A DNA stretch of 64,000 bases from a virus (taxonomy: Duplodnaviria; Caudoviricetes), in IMG/VR virus record IMGVR_UViG_3300020577_003668, positions 32,001 to 96,000 of that record; one strand, 5' to 3'. Of this stretch, positions 50,200 through 59,747 are shown one piece after another. Made by a program: the position numbers and the translations under genes. Under the pieces are notes generated by a model. The model was not told the DNA's origin. It did no database searches and worked only from the letters and a program-made list of their open reading frames with translations. Position 1 is the stretch's first letter; every line of letters starts with the position of its first letter.

Positions 50200-52515
50200 T
50201 TGAAAGCTGTAATATCAGATCGTATCTATCTAAAAGGTACGCCTGAGCTAATAGATAGTATTAAGAAGAAACTTACTTATCGTATTGAAACTAAAATATC
50301 TGGTAGAGGAGGTAAAACTCAACTATCTGTGGATATTATTCGTAACTACAAACAACTACCGCGCGATGTACTGTCTATCCCACGCGGACGCATTGATCTA
50401 GTACCAACAGATTATGAGATTGTAGATAAGCGAGTATTAAACTTCGCTGACTTTCCGGAACCTAGGCATAGTTTGCGGGAAGGGCAGCAAGCAGTATACG
50501 ATGAAGTAGATAGCGATTGCTTCATTAATGCTCTAGTTGGCTGGGGTAGCCCGATCAAGTCTTGCCCTCTTAATAAGTAATTATTAAGTAATTAAACTCG
50601 CTCAATTGCTGGAAGGCCTTCGGGATAATCAGCAGCCAGAATAGGTAGGAATACTTATAAATGGTTCAGAGACTGACAGTATTTCCAGAACGGAAATAGC
50701 TGCGATACTAGAAATAGTATAACACGGCGAGCATCTTTTACGTATTCAATCCACATATGGGAATACAACATGAATGAATTAACAAAAGAATATTTTCTAT
50801 CTCTAAGAGAACAAGGTCTAACTTTTAAACAAATAGGAGAACTATTTGGGTTAACGGAGAGACAAGTCAACTATAGAACAGTTAATAAATGGGGTTTAGA
50901 TTATTCAAAGAAGAAAAAACTAAATGAGTTCTTCTTTAGTAGTGGTACTAAAGCTTCCTATTATTGGGCAGGTATGCTGGCTGCGGATGGTTGGATAGAG
51001 GGAGATAGGAATAGAATTGGTTTAGCTTTACAGAAACAAGATATAGATCATTTATATAAGTTTAAGGAAGCAGTATCTTCAGAACACGATGTATGCCCAT
51101 TCATGAATGGTAGTGCATATAGAATTAGATTTAATAGTATACAAATGGTGGAAGATTTAAAAAATATTTTTAATATTACACCAGCAAAGACGCATACTTA
51201 TAGTATGCCTTTATTCGAAGATACTTATCTAATGTTAGAATTCCTTAGAGGATATATAGATGGAGATGGTCACTTACAGAAAACGGATTCTGGTAAAGTA
51301 GCACTACATCTTTGTTCTGCTAATAGATTATTTCTGGTAGAGTTTAAAGAAATATGTGAATACCTACTAGCTAGAACTATTAACCAAGAAGTAAATCTTA
51401 ATGTTAATTCAAAAGGACAGGTATATACTATCAGATTAGTTTTGGAGGATAGCAAAGAAATTATAAAACTTCTTTATGCTAATTCTACGGAAAAAACTAG
51501 ATTAAATAGAAAATATATAACCGCTTTATGTGTATTAAAAGATGAAGGTATAGTCCAATAAAAGAAGACCTTTACTGCACTGCATATTGCTAGAAAGCTA
51601 GGTCAAAAGACTCTAGTAATTACTCATACTACTATGCTTCGCGATCAGTGGATCAAAGAAGTACAGGAACTATACGGATTTACACCTGGTACTATTGGTG
51701 CAGGTATATTTGATATTGATAGTCCTATAGTAATAGGCAACGTACAATCTGTAACAAAAAATGTGCTAACTATTGCTAAAGAGTTCGGTACTATCATAAT
51801 GGATGAGGCTCATCATGCTCCTGCTTCTACTTTTACTAGTATTATTGATTCTAGTCATGCCCGGTATCGTATTGCTCTTAGCGGCACTATGGTACGCAAA
51901 GACGGACGTCATATTCTATTCCCCGATTATTTCGGGCAATTAGTTCTCAAGCCGCCCCAATCGCACACACTCAATCCTACGATTAAGATTGTGAAAACGG
52001 GGTTACAGTTAACGCCTGGAGAAACCTGGGCTAGGAAGATTAACAATCTGTTATACGACCCTGACTATCAGGAGTATGTCGCAACTATAGCGGCCACTCA
52101 GATTAGTATAGGACACCGAGTGTTAGTAATTGCAGATAGAGTGGAGTTTCTAGAAAATGTACAGAAATGGCTTGGAGAAGAAACCTGTGTGTTGGTTACT
52201 GGACAAACAAGTTTCGAGGACCGAGAACGAGTTAAAGACCAAATCAATTCCGGCGAAGTGTTGTGCATTGCTGGCAGTAGACAAATCTTCTCAGAGGGAA
52301 TCTCGGTCAATAGCTTAAGCTGTGTTATTTTAGCGACTCCTATATCTAACGAGGCACTACTAGAACAGATTATAGGTAGAATTATGCGAGACTTTCCTGG
52401 CAAACTTACTCCAGTTGTAATAGACCTACAGTTTGCAGGTGCAGCTGATAAAAAGCAGAATAATCTTAGGCTTTCTTTCTATTTGGGCAAAGGTTGGCAA
52501 ATTTCTTACTTGTAA
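50200..52515 (+). CDS. D10: D10 SF2 helicase, spliced (exons 50200-50547 and 51565-52515, ~432 aa)
   Basis: Walker A GWG|KT rejoined by splicing; DEAHH, LSGT, QIIGRIMR. Confidence 0.9.
50548..51564 (+). mobile_element. Group I intron in D10 helicase
   Basis: Exon ends in U, intron ends in G; P AATTGCTGGAAG, Q AATCAGCAGCC, R TTCAGAGACTG, S AAGGTATAGTCC. Confidence 0.9.
50770..51561 (+). CDS. Intron-encoded LAGLIDADG endonuclease
   Basis: WAGMLAADG and FLRGYIDGDG. Confidence 0.92.
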   Translation: MNELTKEYFLSLREQGLTFKQIGELFGLTERQVNYRTVNKWGLDYSKKKKLNEFFFSSGTKASYYWAGMLAADGWIEGDRNRIGLALQKQDIDHLYKFKEAVSSEHDVCPFMNGSAYRIRFNSIQMVEDLKNIFNITPAKTHTYSMPLFEDTYLMLEFLRGYIDGDGHLQKTDSGKVALHLCSANRLFLVEFKEICEYLLARTINQEVNLNVNSKGQVYTIRLVLEDSKEIIKLLYANSTEKTRLNRKYITALCVLKDEGIVQ

Positions 52516-52570
52516 TTTTTTTACCCTACATGTTATAATATAAAGAGTGGTAAAATTTTATAGGATATTT

Positions 52571-53491
52571 ATGGGAACTATTTATTGCTTATATTTTGAA
52601 TCAGATGATAATAAGTATTACATCGGTCAATCCATAAATACACCTGGTAGGTATACTAAACATAAGCGATTACTATTAACTAATACACATACTAATAGTA
52701 AGTTGCAAGAAGCTTATAATAAGTATAAGTACTATCCCTCTATATACTTATTAGAAAAAAACATATCTAATATAGAATTAGATAATAGAGAAGTATTCTG
52801 GATTAAAGAATTCGACTCCTATTATAATGGTTTTAATTCTACACCTGGTGGTAAATATTATGAGTTCGGCGAAAATCTTATTGCTAGTCGTAAATATCCA
52901 GAATATGTATATGTTAATATATTATTCGATTTAGTATACACTGATAACACCTCTGCTGTAATAGCAGAAGAAAACGGGGTACTAGAACATACTGTAAGTA
53001 GTATCAGACAGTTAGCTAGCCATAATTATTTAGAGGACACGTATCCAGAAGAATATGCGATACTGAAAAATAAAGCTAATGTTAATAGTAGTATAAAGTA
53101 TGATACTACTATCTGTGCTCAGATATTTACAAAAGTTATAGACAGAATACCTTATAAAGATATCTGCCAGGAATTATCTGTACCGTATACTTTGGTGACA
53201 TCTATAGCGTATGGATTAACTCATAAAAATGAGTTACTAAACATATTTGGAGAAGAACTTTATACTAATACTATATCTATTAGGGATAAGACAACCTCTA
53301 ATAGAAAAAACAAATATCCAAATATATGTGATCCGCAAGGTAATATACATATAGTTACGGTAGCTAATCATTTAGCTAAGAAATATAGTTTAGATCCTAG
53401 CTCTTTAGCTAAAGTATTAAATGGTAAACTTAAGCAATATAAGGGATGGAAGTTGGATATAGGCAGTACACGTACAATACAAGCTCTATAA
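52571..53491 (+). CDS. GIY-YIG homing endonuclease
   Basis: TIY..YYIGQS...R..H; KGW tail. Confidence 0.88.
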   Translation: MGTIYCLYFESDDNKYYIGQSINTPGRYTKHKRLLLTNTHTNSKLQEAYNKYKYYPSIYLLEKNISNIELDNREVFWIKEFDSYYNGFNSTPGGKYYEFGENLIASRKYPEYVYVNILFDLVYTDNTSAVIAEENGVLEHTVSSIRQLASHNYLEDTYPEEYAILKNKANVNSSIKYDTTICAQIFTKVIDRIPYKDICQELSVPYTLVTSIAYGLTHKNELLNIFGEELYTNTISIRDKTTSNRKNKYPNICDPQGNIHIVTVANHLAKKYSLDPSSLAKVLNGKLKQYKGWKLDIGSTRTIQAL

Positions 53492-53549
53492 AATTTGTAC
53501 TTGTACTGTTACATCATTTCTGATATAATAATTGTTCATAGGGCATATT

Positions 53550-53927
53550 ATGACCTTGTTCTTTAACCTAGAAACTTTGGAGGCGCAATGTAAGGGCGAC
53601 TACGGCAAGTTCATAACATACTTACATCTACATTTACAGCGAAGATTGTTCAAGCCTTTCAACTTACATGGCTTAAGCTTTCTACTGAATCCTGAACCGC
53701 TTTTTAGAAAAGACAACAAAGTGGATATACTGTACAAAATACAGTATATAAAACTAGCGGCCAGGCGCGATTACGGCTTATATAAACTATACGGACAGAA
53801 AACCTTAGACTTATCTTATTTCCCCGATATAAATATATCTGCTATACGCACAAATCCACTAATATCAATCAAGAATAACCAAATATTCTTCCTCTATGAG
53901 GAAGCCAGCACGAAAAAAGGAAATTAA
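53550..53927 (+). CDS. Conserved T5-like hypothetical protein
   Basis: G.SFLLNP, Y..LAARRDY; synteny before D11. Confidence 0.7.
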   Translation: MTLFFNLETLEAQCKGDYGKFITYLHLHLQRRLFKPFNLHGLSFLLNPEPLFRKDNKVDILYKIQYIKLAARRDYGLYKLYGQKTLDLSYFPDINISAIRTNPLISIKNNQIFFLYEEASTKKGN

Positions 53928-54575
53928 ATGGCTATTAGCTTTTCAAACACTAAGGGTACCGCTATTAAGGGCGCAGAAGCCTATAAGTACAAGGACGACG
54001 AAAACGTTGTTCGTATCGTAGGTGGAGTTCTTCCACGTTATGTATACTGGCTAAAGGGCACTAATGGCAAGGATATTCCCGCCGAGTGTTTAGCATTCAA
54101 CCGCGATAAGGAAAAGTTCGACAATAAGGAAGTTGACTGGGTTCCTAAGTATCATCCAACCATTAAATGTGGGTGGGCTTATGCGGTTAACTGCATTGAT
54201 CCAGCAGACGGTAAGGTCAAGGTACTAAACCTGAAGAAGAAGCTGTTCCAGCAAATTATGGATGCAGCTGGTGATGGTTTAGGCGATCCTACTGATCCAG
54301 ATACCGGATGGGACCTAGTATTCAAGAAGAAGAAGACGGGCCCACTAGCTTTCAACGTAGAATATACGCTTTCTGTTCTAAAGCTAAAGAAGCGTCCTCT
54401 TACCGAGGAAGAGCGAGCAGTAGTAGCGGCGGCTGATACAATTGACGTAAAGATTCCACGTCCTACAGCCGATGAAATCAAGGCGCTACTTGAGAAGATC
54501 AAGAACGGTGAAGAAGAAGAAGCCGCTCCTGAAGGCTCAGCTGCTGGCGAAGCTATCAACGAACTAAACCAGTAA
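53928..54575 (+). CDS. D11: D11 (putative ssDNA-binding/annealing protein)
   Basis: VRIVGGVLPRYVYW, ECL.F, KKTGP..FNVEY, acidic tail. Confidence 0.88.
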   Translation: MAISFSNTKGTAIKGAEAYKYKDDENVVRIVGGVLPRYVYWLKGTNGKDIPAECLAFNRDKEKFDNKEVDWVPKYHPTIKCGWAYAVNCIDPADGKVKVLNLKKKLFQQIMDAAGDGLGDPTDPDTGWDLVFKKKKTGPLAFNVEYTLSVLKLKKRPLTEEERAVVAAADTIDVKIPRPTADEIKALLEKIKNGEEEEAAPEGSAAGEAINELNQ

Positions 54576-54580
54576 CCCTC

Positions 54581-54617
54581 AAAAGCCCCCACAGGGTATA
54601 CTTGTGGGGGCTTTTTT
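54581..54617 (+). terminator. Intrinsic terminator
   Basis: GCCCCCACAG/TTGTGGGGGC then T-run. Confidence 0.8.
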
Positions 54618-54630
54618 AACGAAAGTGCAG

Positions 54631-55593
54631 ATGAAAGTATTATTTACAGCTGACCTGCACATTAAGCTGGGTCAGAAGAACGTACCAATAGATTGGGCTA
54701 AAAAACGCTACGATAGTTTATTTAAACAGATATGCAATCTTGCCGCTAAAGAAGATATTGAACTTATGGTACTAGGCGGAGATATATTTGATAGAGTACC
54801 TACTCTGGATGAGTTAGAGCTATACTTCGATTTTATGTTTCGTATTAGATGCGATACTGTTATCTATAGTGGTAATCACGAAGCAACTAAGCGTAATGAG
54901 ACATTTCTAAGTAATTTAAAGGATATTACTTATCAGATTTCTTGTTCTGCCATGGCTGGGCATAGAATACATATCATAGACGATTTTAAGTCTATGTACG
55001 GTATTGACTTTATCCCCTATAATAAATTAAAAGAGTTTGAAAAACATGGGTATACTCCTACTAGTAGCATTCTTTGCACTCATTGTCGCGGTGAAATTCC
55101 TCCCCACGTAAAACCAGAAATCAATCTAGGGCTATTTAAACCATGGAAGCTAGTTCTAGCAGGAGACTTACATAGTTACGAAAATTCGCAGGGTAACATC
55201 CTATACCCCGGCTCACCTATCACCACTAGCTTTCATAGAAATAGAGTTGATACTGGTGTTATTATCCTTGATACTGATACACTGGTACACCGGTGGATTC
55301 AATTGGATCTCCCTCAGCTAATTAGAAAGACTATTAAAGCCGGAGAAGATATGATTCCAGGCGACATAGATCACGTGATCTATGAGGTAGAGGGTGACTT
55401 AGCCGAACTGGCTGGCATAGATAATAATGATCTCATAGATAAAAAGGTAATTAAGAGAGAAAGTGATAGCGCTCTTATATTAGACTCTACTATGACTATA
55501 TTGGAAGAAGTAGAAGAATACTTGCGCTATATTCAAAATCTTAAAGAAGAACAAGTAGCAAGTGCACTAAAGGAGTTACAGAACTATGTCTAA
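54631..55593 (+). CDS. D12: SbcD/Mre11-like nuclease
   Basis: ADLH, GGDIFD, GNHE, GDLH, YPGSP. Confidence 0.92.
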   Translation: MKVLFTADLHIKLGQKNVPIDWAKKRYDSLFKQICNLAAKEDIELMVLGGDIFDRVPTLDELELYFDFMFRIRCDTVIYSGNHEATKRNETFLSNLKDITYQISCSAMAGHRIHIIDDFKSMYGIDFIPYNKLKEFEKHGYTPTSSILCTHCRGEIPPHVKPEINLGLFKPWKLVLAGDLHSYENSQGNILYPGSPITTSFHRNRVDTGVIILDTDTLVHRWIQLDLPQLIRKTIKAGEDMIPGDIDHVIYEVEGDLAELAGIDNNDLIDKKVIKRESDSALILDSTMTILEEVEEYLRYIQNLKEEQVASALKELQNYV

Positions 55594-55819
55594 TAATGCC
55601 ACTATGTGGAGTCAGTCAAACTGTCCATATTGCGTCATGGCTAGTAAACTACTGTGGGATCACGGATATACAGTAGTTGAGCACAAAATCGGAGTAAATG
55701 CTACTAAGGAAGAATTTCAAGAGATCCATCCAGGAATTCGTTCTGTACCTCAAATATGGTTAAATGGTGAATTAGTACCAGGTGGATATGTAGGTTTAAA
55801 GGCCATGCTAGATGATTAA
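55586..55819 (+). CDS. Glutaredoxin
   Basis: CPYC, SVPQI, GG. Confidence 0.9.
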   Translation: MSNNATMWSQSNCPYCVMASKLLWDHGYTVVEHKIGVNATKEEFQEIHPGIRSVPQIWLNGELVPGGYVGLKAMLDD

Positions 55820-57605
55820 ATTCGGATTACTAGAATGGTCTCATGCTTTCTCTTATGGTGCAAATAACAGTATTGATCTATCTAAGGAGCCTCTCTTACA
55901 GTTAGTAGGTAAGAACGGTCATGGTAAAAGTAGCATAGCCTTAATATTAGAAGAAGTTCTATATAATAAAAACTCTAAGGGCACAAAGAAAGCTAAGGTG
56001 CTAAATCGTTATTCAGGAAGTAAGAATTATACTATTACTCTTACTTTTCAGAAAGATAACGATGTATATAGAATTAAAACGGTAAGAGGAATTACACAGA
56101 GCGTAGAACTTACTAAAAATGGAAAAGATATTTCTTCTCACACGTCTACGTCTACATACAAGCAAATAGAAGAAATTATTGGATATGACCATAAGACTTT
56201 CTGTCAAATTGTATATCAAAGCAGTGCTTTTAGTTTAGAGTTTTTAAAAGCTACAGATACTACTAGAAAGAAGTTTTTGATTGAGCTGTTGAAGCTTAAC
56301 AGATATACTGAAATATCCGAACTTATTAAAGCAGATATTAAATCTGTGGACAATGATTCCAAACTACTCAGTATGAAAATCGATTCCATAGATAGTTGGC
56401 TAGCTAAGTACTCTAATACTGATTTAATAATTAGAGAATTAGTACATGTACCTGAGCAACCAACTGTAGCAACTCAACAGTTGGCGGCGCTAGAGGAGAA
56501 GCTACGTACTTTAGCGGACACTAATAGAAAGATTAGAGCTAATAACAAATATATTGAGCTGCGTAATAGTATCGACTTACAAATTTTACCCGCGCCAACC
56601 ACAGACATTGTAAAGTTAAAAGTTACGGAAGCAGAGTACGCAGCCAAGATAAAAACTTTGAAAGCCGTAATTAATAATACTGGCCCTATAGTTACTAAGT
56701 GTCCTTCATGTGGCCAAGCTGTAGATAATAGTCACAAAGCCTTAATGTTGGAAGAAGCAAAGCAGGAGTTACCAGCTCTAGAAATTTTGAAAAGAAATGT
56801 TAGTTCACTTATACTGTTAGCCGAAGCAGACCTAAAAAAATATAATACTGCTGTTTCTAATACTTCTGAGTGGGAAAAGTATTCTGCTTTAATAGATAAA
56901 AGTTTACCTACTGAAATAATTGAGCAGACATTAGTAGAGGCAGAAATTACCAAAGTAGAACAGGCAATTGCTACTGCCACAAAAGCAATATCTACAGCTA
57001 ATAGCCAAAACGTAGCGATAGAAGCTCATAATGCTAAAGTTAAAGTAGTATTAGAACAGATGGATTCTATGATGGAAGATAAGAAGTTTTTATCAGGGCA
57101 GCTCGAATTAGTACAAGCTAGACTAAGTACATTACAGATTCTAGCTAAGACATTCAGTACTACAGGGTTCATTGCATATAAGATAGAATCACTGGTCAAA
57201 GACTTGGAAGAACTTACTAATAAGTATTTAACTGATATGAGCGACGGTAGGTTCCAGATTCAGTTCAGCGTTAGTTCATCAGACAAGCTAGATGTATTAG
57301 TTACAGATAATGGAGAGGATGTAGATATCTCCGACCTTAGTAACGGTGAGTTAGCCAGAGTTAATATTTCCACACTACTAGCTATTCGTAGTTTAATGCA
57401 ATCGCTGTCCAACGTGCGCTCCAATTTATTGATTTTAGATGAAACAATAGAGAACTTAGACGCCTTCGGTAAAGATAAGTTAGTAGAAGTTCTACTCAAA
57501 GAAGAAGCACTAAATACTGTGTTAATTAGCCACTCATTTACACACCCCTTAATTACTAAGGTAGAGATAGTAAAAGAGAAGCGCATATCAAGGATACTAG
57601 AATAA
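55812..57605 (+). CDS. D13: SbcC/Rad50-like ATPase
   Basis: GKNGHGKSS, CPSC hook, LSNGE, LILDE. Confidence 0.93.
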   Translation: MIKFGLLEWSHAFSYGANNSIDLSKEPLLQLVGKNGHGKSSIALILEEVLYNKNSKGTKKAKVLNRYSGSKNYTITLTFQKDNDVYRIKTVRGITQSVELTKNGKDISSHTSTSTYKQIEEIIGYDHKTFCQIVYQSSAFSLEFLKATDTTRKKFLIELLKLNRYTEISELIKADIKSVDNDSKLLSMKIDSIDSWLAKYSNTDLIIRELVHVPEQPTVATQQLAALEEKLRTLADTNRKIRANNKYIELRNSIDLQILPAPTTDIVKLKVTEAEYAAKIKTLKAVINNTGPIVTKCPSCGQAVDNSHKALMLEEAKQELPALEILKRNVSSLILLAEADLKKYNTAVSNTSEWEKYSALIDKSLPTEIIEQTLVEAEITKVEQAIATATKAISTANSQNVAIEAHNAKVKVVLEQMDSMMEDKKFLSGQLELVQARLSTLQILAKTFSTTGFIAYKIESLVKDLEELTNKYLTDMSDGRFQIQFSVSSSDKLDVLVTDNGEDVDISDLSNGELARVNISTLLAIRSLMQSLSNVRSNLLILDETIENLDAFGKDKLVEVLLKEEALNTVLISHSFTHPLITKVEIVKEKRISRILE

Positions 57606-58057
57606 TGGTTGATTCAAGAGTTAAAGGTGCAACTGGGGAGACGAAAGTAAGGGATACGCTTCGTAGCTATACTAAACTACAGTGGGAAAGGGTCCCGGGC
57701 TCTGGGGCTCTTGATCCTAAACATGGTTTAAAAGGCGACTTATACGTACCAGGGAAAATAAATAGATACTGTATAGAAGTAAAGAATTATAAAGACGATC
57801 ATCTAACTTCTAAAGTACTTACTTCTAAGAACCCTCAGTTAATCGAATGGTGGGAACAAACACTTAGAGAATCTGCACAAGTATCAAAGATTCCTTTATT
57901 AATCTTCAAGTTTGATAGAAGTAAGTTATTCGTAGCTTATGAAGACTTCCCTCCAGAAGACCTATGTTATATGTCGATACATACTGACAAACACGACTTT
58001 TATGTAAGCATGCTAGAAGACTTACTAGTATTATACACACCAAGGTTTATAGAATAA
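57605..58057 (+). CDS. D14: D14 Holliday-junction-resolvase-like nuclease
   Basis: SR.KG..GE, RVPGSGA, KGD, IEVK. Confidence 0.88.
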   Translation: MVDSRVKGATGETKVRDTLRSYTKLQWERVPGSGALDPKHGLKGDLYVPGKINRYCIEVKNYKDDHLTSKVLTSKNPQLIEWWEQTLRESAQVSKIPLLIFKFDRSKLFVAYEDFPPEDLCYMSIHTDKHDFYVSMLEDLLVLYTPRFIE

Positions 58058-58902
58058 TGGCTACAAGTTTTAAACAAATGGCAACGTTAGACCCTAATAC
58101 TATTATGATAGTAGATAGCTTTAACCTAGCCTTCCGATACTGGCATAAGAGACAATTCGACTTTTTAGACGATTATGTACGAACAGTGGATAGTCTTCGT
58201 AAGTCTTATAAAGCTGGCAACGTTATTATAGCTTGCGACCAAGGTAGCAGTTCTTATCGCAAGAATATCTATCCTGACTATAAGATTGATAGAAAGAAGA
58301 AACAGGAGTTACAAACCGATCAAGAGTCGAAGGACTTTAGCGAGTTCTTCGCAGGCTTCATGAAGGTAATTGATACGTATACTGAAGTAGACGATTATCC
58401 TGTATTAAGATTTGAGAAATGTGAAGCTGATGATATTGCTGCATATATTGTAGGTAAATATCGTAAGACTTACAAAATATGGCTAATAAGTTCTGATCGA
58501 GACTGGGACTTATTAATTCACCCAAATGTATCTAGGTTCTCGTATGTTACTGGAAAGGAAATAACCTATGATAATTGGGCTGAGTACTATGATTATCCTA
58601 TGGATGATCATATCTCTATCAAGTGTCTTATGGGTGATTCTGGGGATAGTGTTCCTGGTGTCACAGGGATCGGACCAAAAAAGGCCCAAGCCTTGGTGGA
58701 AGAATTTGGATCAACCTATGATATTATCGCTAATTTGCCAATTTCTAGCAGGTATAAACATATCGCTAATCTTAATGAGTTTGGTGCTGATAACCTTCTT
58801 CGTAACTATAAGCTAATGGACTTAGTGTCCCACTGCGACGAGGCATTAGGTAAGGAAAACTGTAATAAAATTGATGAGGTATTATGCACGTATTTAAAGT
58901 AA
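58057..58902 (+). CDS. D15: Flap endonuclease / 5'-3' exonuclease
   Basis: YRK..YPDYK..R, EADD, SSDRD, GDSGD.VPGV.GIG.K. Confidence 0.94.
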   Translation: MATSFKQMATLDPNTIMIVDSFNLAFRYWHKRQFDFLDDYVRTVDSLRKSYKAGNVIIACDQGSSSYRKNIYPDYKIDRKKKQELQTDQESKDFSEFFAGFMKVIDTYTEVDDYPVLRFEKCEADDIAAYIVGKYRKTYKIWLISSDRDWDLLIHPNVSRFSYVTGKEITYDNWAEYYDYPMDDHISIKCLMGDSGDSVPGVTGIGPKKAQALVEEFGSTYDIIANLPISSRYKHIANLNEFGADNLLRNYKLMDLVSHCDEALGKENCNKIDEVLCTYLK

Positions 58903-59327
58903 AAGTAAACGCTGAAACTCCAGAGTTTATACCAGTAAGAGCCCATCCCTGGGATGCAGGAGCCGATCTTAAATCTAGTGAGGATCATACCTTGCTACCA
59001 GGAGAACAACATATGTATGACACAGGTGTTGCTATCGCAATCCCTCCTAGTTTTGTTGGATTAGTATTCAATCGCTCCAGCCAGGGTAAAAAAGGTATAA
59101 CTATACCTAATTCAGTAGGAGTTATAGATAGCGAATATCGAGGTAATGTCAAGGTATTACTCAGGAATGACTCTAACGCACACTATACAGTAAATATTCT
59201 GGATAGAATTGCACAACTAGTAATAGTACCTATTGTAGTTCCTGTACTGGAACAGTATGAGGGCGACCCAGACGATTGGAATGACACGGTGCGTGGTACT
59301 GGAGGATTTGGGAGTACAGGACAATGA
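58884..59327 (+). CDS. dut: dUTPase
   Basis: AGADL, RSS, GVIDSEYRG, RIAQL, RG.GGFGSTG. Confidence 0.95.
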   Translation: MHVFKVKVNAETPEFIPVRAHPWDAGADLKSSEDHTLLPGEQHMYDTGVAIAIPPSFVGLVFNRSSQGKKGITIPNSVGVIDSEYRGNVKVLLRNDSNAHYTVNILDRIAQLVIVPIVVPVLEQYEGDPDDWNDTVRGTGGFGSTGQ

Positions 59328-59747
59328 GCACATATGCTAGTAGTGCTAGTCAGATGTACTTAACATTAGAGACTCTTGTGCAAAATGCAGTAAAGAATAG
59401 CGGCGAACGTAAAGTATTAATTGGGAAGATGATGAATGCTTTGAATAAAACCGCGGAGGAGATGATAAATTTAATAGGTTTATTAAATTTGGTAGATTCA
59501 TATATTATACAGGATAACATTACATGACTAAACATATTCATATTATTAATGCAGATTCATCTTCTTGGAAAGTAAAAGTACTGATACAAGATAAGTGGTT
59601 TAAGTTCGATGAAGATGGGAAAGTACTACCATGGGATAATACTTGGAAAACTGTAGAAACTATTGCACTAAGTAATCCTGGCCAGTTATTAACGAAGTAT
59701 ATCACTAATAGTAGACGTTTAGTAATTGAGGAAGATGGTGTAAATAC

